Below, piece after piece: positions 40,500 through 50,372 of a DNA stretch of 64,000 nucleotides (positions are counted from its first letter, which is position 1; every line of letters starts with the position of its first letter). Under the pieces are notes generated by a model. It saw only the letters and a list, made by a program, of their open reading frames with translations. It searched no databases and was not told the DNA's origin. This DNA is from a virus: IMG/VR virus record IMGVR_UViG_3300034072_000578, positions 44,413 to 108,412 of that record; one strand, written 5' to 3'. A program made the position numbers and the translations under genes.

Positions 40500-41543
40500 C
40501 TATAGGGTGCATGTCGTTGATACCTTCTGTTTATACCAGATAGCAGCACGGGCGGCGACTACCTTGCTAAGTTCGTTCCAAGGAGTTTCATTCTCGGCCC
40601 GCTCAGTTTCGGACTCCTTAAATACGTCGGAGCATACCCACTTGATAAAGTTGGGCGTTTCCTTCATGCTGCGGATGGTCGATTCGTCTGCGAACGCCTG
40701 CCAGCCCTGTTCCATGCGCTGTTCAGTGCAGAATGCATCGGCGAAACGGTTCTTGTTCGCGAACTTCTCTGGATCGAAGTTAACAGCAGCCTTTGTCTTG
40801 TTGACTCGGTGATGCTCTGACTTCGCTTTGAAGTTGAAATGGCTGAAATGCTCTATCTCATTGCCAAGATATGCCACACCCGGTTTCGATCCTAGGAACG
40901 GGTAGCAAACGAATCCTTCGCCATGGCCTTCTACGTCGAAAAGCTCTTTGATGAAAGGGTCTACTAGACCGACTTCTTCGGTTGCTTTGTTAAGCGCACT
41001 TAGAGTCTTTTCAGTCTCAGTCTTGCTAACAAAGTCAATGGTGACGGTATCGTGCCATGGAATAACGATAACAGTGTCAGGAGCTTCTAGTCCTAGAACT
41101 GCCTCGATATGATCTGGACAAATAAGACGACAATATTCGCCGTTGTCCTTATGGCTGTCTAGAGCGAAAACAAAGAAGTGCTTGGTAGGAATGGAGCTAA
41201 CAGCTACATTCGATTGGACACCGGGACCAGCCCACTCGCCATAGACGATAATAGTAGCGTCCGACTTCGATAAGCCGCTGAAATAGCTCTCATTGGCTTC
41301 AACCCAAGCGCGGAAGCCTGCGTTATCGCTGTTACCGGGAATGTCGCTGGAGCGCTTCTGCGCTGTTACACGCCCATCGGGGTCTACCCTTACGGCAGCA
41401 TTTGTTCCGTGAAGTTTAATCTTTAAACCATATTTGATACGGTAATCGTTGGCTACAATTACCTGATGTAATCGGTTGTGACCTAACGACTTTACCACTT
41501 CATGGAAGGAATTGAGGTCATTCCATTTAACAAACTTACTCAT
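40500..41543 (-). CDS. RNA ligase, Rnl2-like
   Basis: KLHGTN motif I, YGEWAG.GVQ, FFVF, EGFV, FKAK. Confidence 0.8.
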   Translation of the reverse strand: MSKFVKWNDLNSFHEVVKSLGHNRLHQVIVANDYRIKYGLKIKLHGTNAAVRVDPDGRVTAQKRSSDIPGNSDNAGFRAWVEANESYFSGLSKSDATIIVYGEWAGPGVQSNVAVSSIPTKHFFVFALDSHKDNGEYCRLICPDHIEAVLGLEAPDTVIVIPWHDTVTIDFVSKTETEKTLSALNKATEEVGLVDPFIKELFDVEGHGEGFVCYPFLGSKPGVAYLGNEIEHFSHFNFKAKSEHHRVNKTKAAVNFDPEKFANKNRFADAFCTEQRMEQGWQAFADESTIRSMKETPNFIKWVCSDVFKESETERAENETPWNELSKVVAARAAIWYKQKVSTTCTL

Positions 41544-41941
41544 TTCGAATGTTTCACTTTCGCTAGTGCTTCATCTATAGTATAGCCAACTCTCAACCTA
41601 CTACGCAGGGTTTCTACGTGTATTCCTGATCGTCTAGCTATTTCGGAAATTGTTAACTCTTCACCTTCGTATAGGAATTTCCTATTACGTCTTGTGTTTG
41701 AAGAATTTTCTTTAGGAGAAACCCAACGGCAATTATCCTTGTAATAGCCGTCTTCGTTATTGATCCTATCTAATTGATACTCAGGGAATGGCGGATCGCC
41801 CATATCTGCTAGAAACCTAGCATATGAGTTCATCCACTCTGGGCAAACCCATATTCCTCTGCCGCCATAAAACCCATAATTGTCAGCGTTAACATTATAA
41901 CACCTTTGTTTCATGGCGTTATAACTGTTATACGCCGTCAC
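41540..41941 (-). CDS. HNH-type homing endonuclease
   Basis: MKQRC.N...YGGRGI.VC.EW...DMG...LDRINN..GY...NCRW. Confidence 0.88.
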   Translation of the reverse strand: MTAYNSYNAMKQRCYNVNADNYGFYGGRGIWVCPEWMNSYARFLADMGDPPFPEYQLDRINNEDGYYKDNCRWVSPKENSSNTRRNRKFLYEGEELTISEIARRSGIHVETLRSRLRVGYTIDEALAKVKHSK

Positions 41942-41943
41942 TT

Positions 41944-42144
41944 TTAACGTTCCTTCGGTAATTCTAAATTGTTGATGAGGTTTGCTAGCGCTAGGCCAGC
42001 TTTGATAGAATAGATTGAACGGTAGACGGTGCCGTTATTAGCTTGATCGCTAATAACAATACACTTAATACCGCCATGTTCTTCTATTGATGCGTCTAGT
42101 TTTACCGTGCCTAGACGCGGGCACTTAATGATGGCACTAGCCAT
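41944..42144 (-). CDS. hypothetical protein
   Basis: Coupled ORF. Confidence 0.5.
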   Translation of the reverse strand: MASAIIKCPRLGTVKLDASIEEHGGIKCIVISDQANNGTVYRSIYSIKAGLALANLINNLELPKER

Positions 42145-42548
42145 TAATTATCATTTCCTGTTATGGGTAGTAGGCCCATGAATTCCCTTACTTCGTTTCT
42201 GGTGCGTTTTAAGGGCGCTGGAAGCGTATCTGGGAAAGGATGGGTAAAGGCTAGGGAAAGACCGTTTAGGCGCTCTAGGAGGGTCGCCCGTTCGATTTTG
42301 GCCTTCTGTAGTGCGATAGCTCGCCCAAAGCCTGCCGGTTCAGGTGGAGCTAGGAACTGATCTTCGGTTCCTTCTTCTCTACCTACCCTAATACGGCGTC
42401 TTATAGCGTCTTCTGCATCATACTTCTGACGATACATATCGATTTGCTTGGAAAGGTCATGAATACGATTCATGATTTCTTCCTGCGTATCGTAGTCTTT
42501 GCTCTCTACTTCGGTGTTTTCACCAGTTAAGTCGCTTCCAGCGCTCAT
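42144..42548 (-). CDS. hypothetical protein
   Basis: Coupled ORF. Confidence 0.55.
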   Translation of the reverse strand: MSAGSDLTGENTEVESKDYDTQEEIMNRIHDLSKQIDMYRQKYDAEDAIRRRIRVGREEGTEDQFLAPPEPAGFGRAIALQKAKIERATLLERLNGLSLAFTHPFPDTLPAPLKRTRNEVREFMGLLPITGNDN

Positions 42549-43108
42549 TATATCCTCTTTAAGATATAGTTGACCCGTTCATCATACTGATATTCCTTAG
42601 GAACATCGATGACCTTTACTTTGTTCGAATGGAGTTGACTTACATAGTAGTCAATTCGATGGTCGAACGCCTCTCTGTCATAGGCTTTTGGCCTATTGTA
42701 TTTATCTTCCATCTGTTCCGTTAAATCGGCTTCTGGATAGATTAGAATGTCGCAATATTCGCGGGTTGCTAGGATGCAACGTTTAGCGAAGTCTGCTACT
42801 CTTTCCGAATACCGCCAGTGAGGTAGACCCATTGCCATATAGGCCGCTAGGTCGATTGGGGATCGGTCATAGATAGTGTCTACACTTGCAGTCATCTTGT
42901 AGGATTCTAGAAAGACTTCTAAAACCCTTTCTTGATATTCGATTAGCTGTTCTGGCGTATGGGGCTTGTTTAGATCGAACCCCATACGCTTAGCAACCGG
43001 GCCTGCAAATGAAGGAATATACAGATAATGAGGACGGGCCTTGTTTAACTTCATGCAAGTTTGTGACTTGCCGATACCGTGAGGGCCTGTAAACATTACC
43101 CGCGTCAT
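42548..43108 (-). CDS. P-loop nucleotide kinase-like protein (AAA_28/NadR-like)
   Basis: FTGPHGIGKS Walker A, DRSPID. Confidence 0.78.
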   Translation of the reverse strand: MTRVMFTGPHGIGKSQTCMKLNKARPHYLYIPSFAGPVAKRMGFDLNKPHTPEQLIEYQERVLEVFLESYKMTASVDTIYDRSPIDLAAYMAMGLPHWRYSERVADFAKRCILATREYCDILIYPEADLTEQMEDKYNRPKAYDREAFDHRIDYYVSQLHSNKVKVIDVPKEYQYDERVNYILKRI

Positions 43109-43110
43109 TA

Positions 43111-43353
43111 TTAGCTTCCTTTTGACTTATTGAATTCTGCTGGTTCTTCCAGTAGATATTTGGTGTTGAGGGTAGTAGCGAGCTTCCTACCATCTTCTAG
43201 GTCTTCAATGGTCTGGACCAAAGAAGTGCGGACTCTTGCGCCATCCCACCAGCGTTGCTTTTTGTCTTCGTGGATGGTGCCGATAATAACCGACCGCCCC
43301 TTACCCATACCGACAATCATGTAACCGCGAATGATGGCATCAAAATCAGGCAT
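43111..43353 (-). CDS. hypothetical protein
   Basis: G.I..D...R..DG..VRTS.V......T.NT.Y.L. Confidence 0.65.
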   Translation of the reverse strand: MPDFDAIIRGYMIVGMGKGRSVIIGTIHEDKKQRWWDGARVRTSLVQTIEDLEDGRKLATTLNTKYLLEEPAEFNKSKGS

Positions 43354-43757
43354 TAAAGTTCCTTTATAGCGCTAACTTCTTTGAAGATACGAACTTCACC
43401 AAGGATCGCTTCGATTTCGCAGCCGTCCTCCGTGTCCTCGATTGCATAACCACGATTCGCTAGCTCGGTAAAGAGGCTCTTAAATCGTGCAGCACTAACC
43501 CTTAGTTGCTTGGCTAGCTGTTCGTCTGTTAGCTTATCTACTGGACGGATATTGGTAACGTAGAAGTTGTGCTTGAAGTTAGCATCATCCTTCTTATAAA
43601 CGCCACCACTGCAAAGCCAGACGGTTTCGTTAAATTCGCTACCTTTCACCGGCTTTAGAGTGTGGTATTCTGCCCTTGGATTATAAGGGTGAAGTAGTTC
43701 CCATTCCTTGCCGTTCTTGTCGTATAAGGGTAGCTCCCAATCAACGCTGTTTTTCAT
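43353..43757 (-). CDS. hypothetical protein
   Basis: Coupled ORF. Confidence 0.55.
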   Translation of the reverse strand: MKNSVDWELPLYDKNGKEWELLHPYNPRAEYHTLKPVKGSEFNETVWLCSGGVYKKDDANFKHNFYVTNIRPVDKLTDEQLAKQLRVSAARFKSLFTELANRGYAIEDTEDGCEIEAILGEVRIFKEVSAIKEL

Positions 43758-44178
43758 CTAGCTTCCGTGCCTCTTCAATTGACATTACAGTTAGGGTTGA
43801 TAAATCGCCGTTCTTAAGGACGACTACCTTAGAACCCGGCTTGGCATGGTCATGGGCCTTTAGGCTGTCATACCAGCTATCATCATAATGCCCTGTCTGA
43901 GGATAATCCTCAGCTTTATAGTGGACCATGAACTTGTAAGCGTCCTTCGGCTTATTCTTGAAGTTAATACCTTCGCTAGGGCTAGTCCCCGCTAGGTGCA
44001 TTGGATGGTTGGTAGCAAGGAAGATACCGTTCTTACCATAAACCCACTTATATGGGGCGTCATTGTAAGAACAGATATACATGGTGGTCAAAACATCGAC
44101 CACTTTCATGTTTACATATTTCATTTCGGTTTCTACTACGTCACCGACCTTGTAGTTTGCATGTTCGCTCTCTGACAT
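43741..44178 (-). CDS. hypothetical protein
   Basis: Coupled ORF. Confidence 0.55.
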   Translation of the reverse strand: MSESEHANYKVGDVVETEMKYVNMKVVDVLTTMYICSYNDAPYKWVYGKNGIFLATNHPMHLAGTSPSEGINFKNKPKDAYKFMVHYKAEDYPQTGHYDDSWYDSLKAHDHAKPGSKVVVLKNGDLSTLTVMSIEEARKLDEKQR

Positions 44179-44519
44179 TATAGCGAAACTCCCTTTTCAT
44201 AGGTTTCCTGTAGTGATAGCCAGTAATCGCTACCATTGCCGTAGAAGTCGCCTAGGCTCTTAGCCATCTTGGCATCGATCCGGTCTTCCCCGCGAATTAG
44301 AAGCTGGAGGCGGCGGAAAGGAATACGTGCCCGCTTGGAAAGGTCCGAAAGCTGCGCAGGGAAGTAAGGAACTAGGAATTCCTCTACTAGAACGTGGCCG
44401 GGGTTACGGCGGTAGTTCTTAATCGACGCAAGAGTCTTTAGCTCTGCCGCTGCGGTGATTTCGAAGGCGATCTGTTCGGGGGTTGCTGCACCTGACTGGA
44501 TGCGATCATACTGTGTCAT
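44178..44519 (-). CDS. HigA-family antitoxin-like HTH protein (orphan)
   Basis: NPGHVLVEEFLVP...L..G..RI...MA..L..FYG....YWLSLQ..YE. Confidence 0.8.
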   Translation of the reverse strand: MTQYDRIQSGAATPEQIAFEITAAAELKTLASIKNYRRNPGHVLVEEFLVPYFPAQLSDLSKRARIPFRRLQLLIRGEDRIDAKMAKSLGDFYGNGSDYWLSLQETYEKGVSL

Positions 44520-44543
44520 ATTTAATATACCAATTATTAGGGG

Positions 44544-44744
44544 TTAGTCGAAAGAGATATCGCCAATTGCTTCTGCGATACCAGCGAGGGCTTCGCCGCC
44601 ACCAGCGGCGATAACCCAACCTGAGAGATAAAGTAGCGTTGGGGTTAGGAACCACCAAGACCAACTAAAGACACCTATAGCAGCCAGCGTAATTAAAACA
44701 ACCGTTAGTGCGTTAGGTAGTATGTGGATTAGTTTTTCAGTCAC
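44544..44744 (-). CDS. small membrane protein
   Basis: Two TMs, WSWW motif. Confidence 0.55.
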   Translation of the reverse strand: MTEKLIHILPNALTVVLITLAAIGVFSWSWWFLTPTLLYLSGWVIAAGGGEALAGIAEAIGDISFD

Positions 44745-44806
44745 GATATCCGATTACAAATTCCTTAAAGAGCATCATTAGTCCGAGACTTGCTACCATA
44801 ATTATC

Positions 44807-45295
44807 TCAGCCATACATTTGTCTTTTTACCTCAGCTTCTAGTAGCGGCTCTGGAGCCTGCCAGCCTTCCGGCTTCTTAGTTTTGCCGTCTGGATGATAT
44901 AAAGGCTTTCCATCTGGCCCAAGCTTCGCCATATTAGCGCCTTGAACGATTTCCCATAGCTTGCCGGGACGAATGCCTAGCTCTACTAAAGTGCCTACAG
45001 CGAAGTAAATCTGGTCGATACAAGCGTCCGCCTGATCCACAATCGTCTTAGCGTCCCGCATTTCCTGTGTCTCTTCATCGATCCACTTGGCCCGCTTGTT
45101 AATGCGGTCTTCCGTTAGAAGGACAGGTGAGTCAGGAGCGGCGTGGCCGAAAGCCTTATGGAACTTGCGAACGTCCTCGAATAGGGCGTCTAGCGGCTTA
45201 ATATCTTCCCGCTTATAGATTGCTCCAGCTACCGTCCAGTTCTCTGGTAAGTAGCTGTAACGTGCTTCAATCTTCATTGGTAATTCAGTCTTCAT
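44807..45295 (-). CDS. MazG-like nucleoside triphosphate pyrophosphohydrolase
   Basis: V.KFH.AF, EE..E, DA..D..YF..G, ANM.K, DGK..KP.GW..PE. Confidence 0.85.
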   Translation of the reverse strand: MKTELPMKIEARYSYLPENWTVAGAIYKREDIKPLDALFEDVRKFHKAFGHAAPDSPVLLTEDRINKRAKWIDEETQEMRDAKTIVDQADACIDQIYFAVGTLVELGIRPGKLWEIVQGANMAKLGPDGKPLYHPDGKTKKPEGWQAPEPLLEAEVKRQMYG

Positions 45296-46215
45296 TATCT
45301 ATCCTCGATAGTGTTGTAAGGGATTTGTTTGCGGAATTGACGCCAACCGTAGAAGTTGCCATGTTCTTTAGGATTGGCCCAACCAATATCTTCTTTATAT
45401 TCTACGCCACCGACACCGCTATCGTGATACTCGTATTTCTTAGTATCTGGCGTAGCAACATGTTCTGCCGGTGAAGCATGAACGGGACGGCTTACCATTA
45501 GTAGTTCGTAGCGCTTTAATTCCTTTTCAAAAGAACCATCGCCGTCGAACGGCTTAATTGTTAGCCGTGCGCAACGTGCTACCGAAATCTTCTTAAGAAT
45601 ATCAATAGTTTCTAGCTCGGTAGGCTGGACGCCATTCTTATCAAGAAAGTATTGCCAAGCTAGAGTAGTATCGCCGGAAGCAATATAGGGCATATGCCAG
45701 TCACCGGGCTTGATGGCTTCTGGTGTGCTATTATCCATAGCTAGCTTCATTTGCTTAGCTAGTTCGTCAATCTCTGGCTGCGCCCCTACTTCATCGCGTA
45801 GTTCGAAGAAGTTTGCCCAATCGGTAGAGCTTACTAGAACGTCAATATAACCAAACCATTCTAGCGGACGGTTAGCCCATTGCTTATGAACTTTTAGGTT
45901 ATTAAGCTGTCTTACAGCGCCCTTAGTAAAGTCCACAAGAGATAGCCAAATATCTTCGGCTGTTTTGCGATCCTCATCGCTCATTTCCTGCGAAGCAACC
46001 ATTCCGGGTTGGTTCATCATGAAATGTGGAACATAGGGAGCTTCTTCTAGAAGCGTTGCTACGGGAACTGCTCTAGAGCTTCTACCGTTGCGACTGAATA
46101 CCCGGTGTGTCATGAACTCTGAGTGGATCATGCGGGGGTATCGTAGGTGGAGGGTGGTTAATCGAACGCCCTCTGGTGAAATACTATCACAAATAACTTT
46201 AGCTGTTATAGCCAT
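45295..46215 (-). CDS. thyX: FAD-dependent thymidylate synthase
   Basis: YPR.IHSEFMTHRVFSRN..SSRA, HKQ.ANR.LE, AQPEI, HASP.EH. Confidence 0.88.
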   Translation of the reverse strand: MAITAKVICDSISPEGVRLTTLHLRYPRMIHSEFMTHRVFSRNGRSSRAVPVATLLEEAPYVPHFMMNQPGMVASQEMSDEDRKTAEDIWLSLVDFTKGAVRQLNNLKVHKQWANRPLEWFGYIDVLVSSTDWANFFELRDEVGAQPEIDELAKQMKLAMDNSTPEAIKPGDWHMPYIASGDTTLAWQYFLDKNGVQPTELETIDILKKISVARCARLTIKPFDGDGSFEKELKRYELLMVSRPVHASPAEHVATPDTKKYEYHDSGVGGVEYKEDIGWANPKEHGNFYGWRQFRKQIPYNTIEDR

Positions 46216-46502
46216 ATTAACTTTCGTTCTTTATGGTTCCAGTTAGGAACTAGTTTCTTAGGCTCTTCTGCTAGAATTGCCTTATGGATTTCGTGGACTG
46301 CTGCCGCTACTAGAGTATCTTTATTGCGGTGAGACAGAACGAACTCTGCCCCACCTTCACCCATAGCTCTTACAGCATAATACAAGCTACCATCGGTAAA
46401 CAGCGAGAAGTCATCACTTACCTGTTCCGTTTCTGGTAGCGCTTTGAATTTAGAAATCATATGCGTTATCGTCCCATTCGCCTTCCGTAGAGGCTTTAGC
46501 AT
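46206..46502 (-). CDS. hypothetical protein
   Basis: ORF between nrdB and thyX; true start probably about 46460. Confidence 0.45.
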   Translation of the reverse strand: MLKPLRKANGTITHMISKFKALPETEQVSDDFSLFTDGSLYYAVRAMGEGGAEFVLSHRNKDTLVAAAVHEIHKAILAEEPKKLVPNWNHKERKLIWL

Positions 46503-47418
46503 ACTCTGTTACGCGGGTTTCGAAGAAGTTGCCATGTTCCGCAGCATTAAGCATACCCGGAATCCAAGGTAGCGGCATGACATCGATTTCGAAGAGCTTA
46601 CCGTCAAAGCCTAGCTGATTAAACCGCAGGTTGGCGATCCACATCATATAATCTTTAACCTCTTGCGCCTCAAGCCCTTCTACCGGTCCCATTTCAAACA
46701 CTAGGTCAATGAACTTGAATTCATTTGTTACCGCTTGTCTGATGACCTTTTCTACTTTGGGTCTTAAGATACGCTTATCTAGGTTCTTTTCCGCTACAAA
46801 GGTCTGGAATAGCTTGGCCATTCCTTCGCAGTGCATGGATTCGTCACGAACCGACCAAGCGATAATATCGCCCATTCCCTTAAGCTTGTTATGGCGGGGG
46901 AAGTTTAGTAGGATCGCGAAGGAAGCAAACAGGCTGATGCCTTCGGTTGCTGCGCTGAAAGCTGCGATAGCTTCGGCTAGCTCCATGTCCGTTTCGGGAT
47001 CGAAGCTATGGATGAAGTCAAGCTTAGCTTGCATTTCCTCATACTGCTGGAATGCGCTAAATTCAACCTCTGGTAGCCCAAGTGTTTGAAGTAAATGTGC
47101 ATAAGCTACTAAGTGAACTGTTTCCATGTTCTCAAATGCTGTTAGCATCATACTTACTTCGGTTCTTTTGAAGAACTTCTTATACTTTTCTGCGTAGCAG
47201 TTCTTAATCTCTTCGTCTGACTTAGTAAAGAGGCGGAATACCTGCGTTACTACGTTCTTCTCAGGAATGGTTAGTTTGTTCTCCCAATCCTTTACATCGT
47301 CACCCATTGTTGCCTCTTTAGGCATCCAATGGTTATTTTGTTGCTTTTCCCAATAATCAAAAGCCCATGGGTAGGCTAGCGGATATAACGCACCGCCGCT
47401 TTCTGTTACTGATACCAT
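46450..47418 (-). CDS. nrdB: ribonucleotide reductase class I, beta subunit
   Basis: ETVH..AY, EG..LF.SF, RDESMH, NFFE.RVTEY. Confidence 0.95.
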   Translation of the reverse strand: MVSVTESGGALYPLAYPWAFDYWEKQQNNHWMPKEATMGDDVKDWENKLTIPEKNVVTQVFRLFTKSDEEIKNCYAEKYKKFFKRTEVSMMLTAFENMETVHLVAYAHLLQTLGLPEVEFSAFQQYEEMQAKLDFIHSFDPETDMELAEAIAAFSAATEGISLFASFAILLNFPRHNKLKGMGDIIAWSVRDESMHCEGMAKLFQTFVAEKNLDKRILRPKVEKVIRQAVTNEFKFIDLVFEMGPVEGLEAQEVKDYMMWIANLRFNQLGFDGKLFEIDVMPLPWIPGMLNAAEHGNFFETRVTEYAKASTEGEWDDNAYDF

Positions 47419-47419
47419 A

Positions 47420-47716
47420 TTACCTATCTAGTTTATCGTTGATCTGTAGGAGAATTCTTGCTGCTGCTGCTCTACCAGATTCACCAGTGAACGCAACCGG
47501 TAGTAGTTTACCTTGTGGGTTGCCTCTATATAGAGCGTTAGCCCTATGATGGTCTATCCCCGATCTTAGTAGGCTCTCTACATTAGAACCTTCTATAATA
47601 ATGGTGCAAGCAGGCTTATTTTTAGTTGCTGCTACTGGAATGGTGGTCCACGGTGCATTTCCATACACCGTAAACTCTTGACCATCAATCTCAATCCGTC
47701 TTGTTAATACTGGCAA
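47420..47716 (-). CDS. hypothetical protein
   Basis: ORF between the RNR genes. Confidence 0.4.
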   Translation of the reverse strand: MPVLTRRIEIDGQEFTVYGNAPWTTIPVAATKNKPACTIIIEGSNVESLLRSGIDHHRANALYRGNPQGKLLPVAFTGESGRAAAARILLQINDKLDR

Positions 47717-47833
47717 TGTATTTCCGTTTCTCGATTTCGCTAAATGCTTCGTTGAATTTATCTAAAGCCCCAACAGCAAGCTTACGTAGATATTCTACGT
47801 AAGCTTCTAGATGGGCATCACTCATATTCTCAA

Positions 47834-49774
47834 TTACTGACATGCCATGCAACCTTCATCTTCTTCAAAGTCCATATCAGCTACCGGCTCTTCAAGGTGC
47901 GTTACTTCCTTTAGAACTAGATCAGGCTGTTTGATCGCTTGTGGCATTTCGCCTACTACGTTCGTTGCTACTAGGGTAGAGCGGCTACGATTGTAGTAAA
48001 GTCCCTTAAGACCTAGTGACCATGCCTTAAAGTGTAGCTTGTTAATATCGCTCTTCTTAGCCGTAGCATAAACAAAGATATTAACTGACTGACCCTGACA
48101 GATATATTCCTGTCTGTCGGCGGCATGTTCGATGATCCAATTCTGATCGATTTCAAAGGCGGTCTTAAATACTTCCTTTTCTAATTCGTCCAGATATGGA
48201 AGGCCCTGCACCGATCCCTTACCATGTTCGTTGTCCATGATATAGGCCCACTGCGCTTCAACCCAAGCCTTTTGCTTCTTATCATAGTCAGGGTCCATAT
48301 CGTCATAGCCGTGAAGCTTTACGTATTTAACCTGTAGACAAGCGTTTAACCACTTGTTACGGACAATGAACTGACCGCTTAGTGTCTTCTGTTTGAAGAT
48401 ATTAGCGGTAAATGGCTCGATGCCGGGGCTTGCTTCGCCGCAAATGATGCTGATCGATGCTGTAGGAGCTACGGCAAACATATGGCTGAAACGGACGTTT
48501 AGGCCCACTCTAGCGGCATCTGGGCAAGGGCCACGCTCGGTAGCTAGCTTGTCGTTTACCTCGTCGGCGGTTTCCTTTAGCCATTTGTGGATTTTCTTAT
48601 TCCACACCTTAGCCATAACGCCTTCAAACGGAATCTTGTTCTTCTGTAGGAAGCTATGGAAGCCCATAACGCCTAGACCAATAGAACGCTCCATTCTAGC
48701 TGAGTAGTTAGGACGCTCGAAACCGGGAACACCATGCGTATTTTCGATGAAGTTCTGCATGTTGTTATCTAGGAAACGTAATACGTCTTCTAGGAACTGC
48801 TTGTTATCCTGCCACTGGTCATAGGTTTCTAGGTTAACACTTGAAAGGCAACATACAGCGGTTCTACGGCGACCATTGTAATCGATACCAGTTGTTAAAG
48901 TAATCTCACTGCAAAGATTGCTAGTGCTATTTAATAGACCGTTCTTCTTATAGACTAGAGGGCGCTTTTCATTAACGGTATCTACGAACCATAGATAAGG
49001 CTCACCAGTATTAATACGACGTTCTAGAATCTGTTCCCAAAGCTTACGCGCTTTAATTGTCTTAATAACTGCCTTAGTCTTAGGTGATACTAAGTCCCAA
49101 TCGGCATTTACTTTAACAGCTTCCATGAAAGCATTGGTAATAACAACACCGTGATGAGCATGGAGAGCCTTACGCTCTGGCGCTCCCTTGTGCGGGTTAC
49201 GTAGCTCTACGAACTCTTCGATTTCAGGGTGGTTTACGTCCAGATAGAAGGCCGCTGAGCCTCTACGTAGGTTCCCTTGGCTGATCGCTAGGCAATCTGC
49301 TGCTGTTGATACGACGAAAGGAATTGCGCCGCTGGTTTCGCCGACTCTGCCGGTTTCATCTTCGCCACCTACAGGCTCGCCAATTGAGCGGATTTCGGAT
49401 AGGTTAGTGCCGATCCCACCGCCACGGCTTGCTAGCCATTTATTTTCTAATTGGGTTTCAAAGATTTCAGATAGGGAGTCGCCCATCTGATTAAGGAAGC
49501 AGCTAATTGTTAGGTTTTTCTTGCTACCGGAGTTGCTTAGAACCGGAGTAGCTGGCATGAACCATAGGTTGCTGATGTAATCGTATAGACGCTGGGCGTG
49601 TGCGTCATCATCACTGTTTACGGCTGCTACACGGGCGAACATTTGCTGGAATGTTTCGTCGGTCCATAAGTAGCGGTCTTTTAGGGTTTGCTTAGCAAAG
49701 CGAGTTAGTTTGCGATCCCGCTCATTATCAATTGTGATTGTTCTATTAAAATTATTATAAATTTCTGTTGTCAT
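47834..49774 (-). CDS. nrdA: ribonucleotide reductase class I, alpha subunit
   Basis: ATPVLSN, SCF, GGGIG, SNLCSEI, APTASIS, CQGQS, GLYY, C-terminal CMAC. Confidence 0.96.
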   Translation of the reverse strand: MTTEIYNNFNRTITIDNERDRKLTRFAKQTLKDRYLWTDETFQQMFARVAAVNSDDDAHAQRLYDYISNLWFMPATPVLSNSGSKKNLTISCFLNQMGDSLSEIFETQLENKWLASRGGGIGTNLSEIRSIGEPVGGEDETGRVGETSGAIPFVVSTAADCLAISQGNLRRGSAAFYLDVNHPEIEEFVELRNPHKGAPERKALHAHHGVVITNAFMEAVKVNADWDLVSPKTKAVIKTIKARKLWEQILERRINTGEPYLWFVDTVNEKRPLVYKKNGLLNSTSNLCSEITLTTGIDYNGRRRTAVCCLSSVNLETYDQWQDNKQFLEDVLRFLDNNMQNFIENTHGVPGFERPNYSARMERSIGLGVMGFHSFLQKNKIPFEGVMAKVWNKKIHKWLKETADEVNDKLATERGPCPDAARVGLNVRFSHMFAVAPTASISIICGEASPGIEPFTANIFKQKTLSGQFIVRNKWLNACLQVKYVKLHGYDDMDPDYDKKQKAWVEAQWAYIMDNEHGKGSVQGLPYLDELEKEVFKTAFEIDQNWIIEHAADRQEYICQGQSVNIFVYATAKKSDINKLHFKAWSLGLKGLYYNRSRSTLVATNVVGEMPQAIKQPDLVLKEVTHLEEPVADMDFEEDEGCMACQ

Positions 49775-49841
49775 TCTTACCTCTAAAACTTGGCTGGCTA
49801 TTATACATTCATCTTTATTTTAAACGAGTCCTTGACAGCCA

Positions 49842-50372
49842 TTATCGCCAAGTATTATTCAAATTAATTTGCGTGATCGTTGTCCTATTAACACCGAAAA
49901 GTTTAGCTATGTCTTTGTGGTATATACCATCATTCAGCATAGCCCTTATTCTTACCACTTCTTCTGCGGATAGTTTAGCTAAATGCGATTTCTCACCCCG
50001 GCTATCCGTCCCATGATCGAGCCTATCCGCTTGGTTAGCTTTCTTAGTATCCCATCTTAAGTTCGACAGGATATTGTTAGATTTGTTACCATCGTTATGG
50101 CAGCAATCATGTAAATCACTTGGGCGCTGGCCGATAAAAGATTCTAATACCAATTTATGTATCGAGAATGTCTTAGATAAATCACCTACCGTTAGGTCGC
50201 AGTAAGCATAACCTTTATGCTCCCTAGGCTTAATTGGCTTGCCTTTAAATAGACGCATATGAGGTCTAGAACCACGAACTTGAACGACTCTATCTAAAGA
50301 ACGCACCCTACCTAAATTAGAGACTTCGTAATACAATTCCCAACCTACTACAGGCTTCCATTCTTCTATCAT
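49842..50372 (-). CDS. NUMOD4 + HNH homing endonuclease
   Basis: EEWKPVVG..YEVSNLGRVRS, H.LV...F, HNDGNK.NN..NLRW.T...N..D. Confidence 0.92.
   Translation of the reverse strand: MIEEWKPVVGWELYYEVSNLGRVRSLDRVVQVRGSRPHMRLFKGKPIKPREHKGYAYCDLTVGDLSKTFSIHKLVLESFIGQRPSDLHDCCHNDGNKSNNILSNLRWDTKKANQADRLDHGTDSRGEKSHLAKLSAEEVVRIRAMLNDGIYHKDIAKLFGVNRTTITQINLNNTWR

Noticed and set aside
46450-49774. Introns or inteins in nrdA/nrdB, given the many homing endonucleases
   Set aside because: Both ORFs are continuous and of normal length; the HNH genes are free-standing
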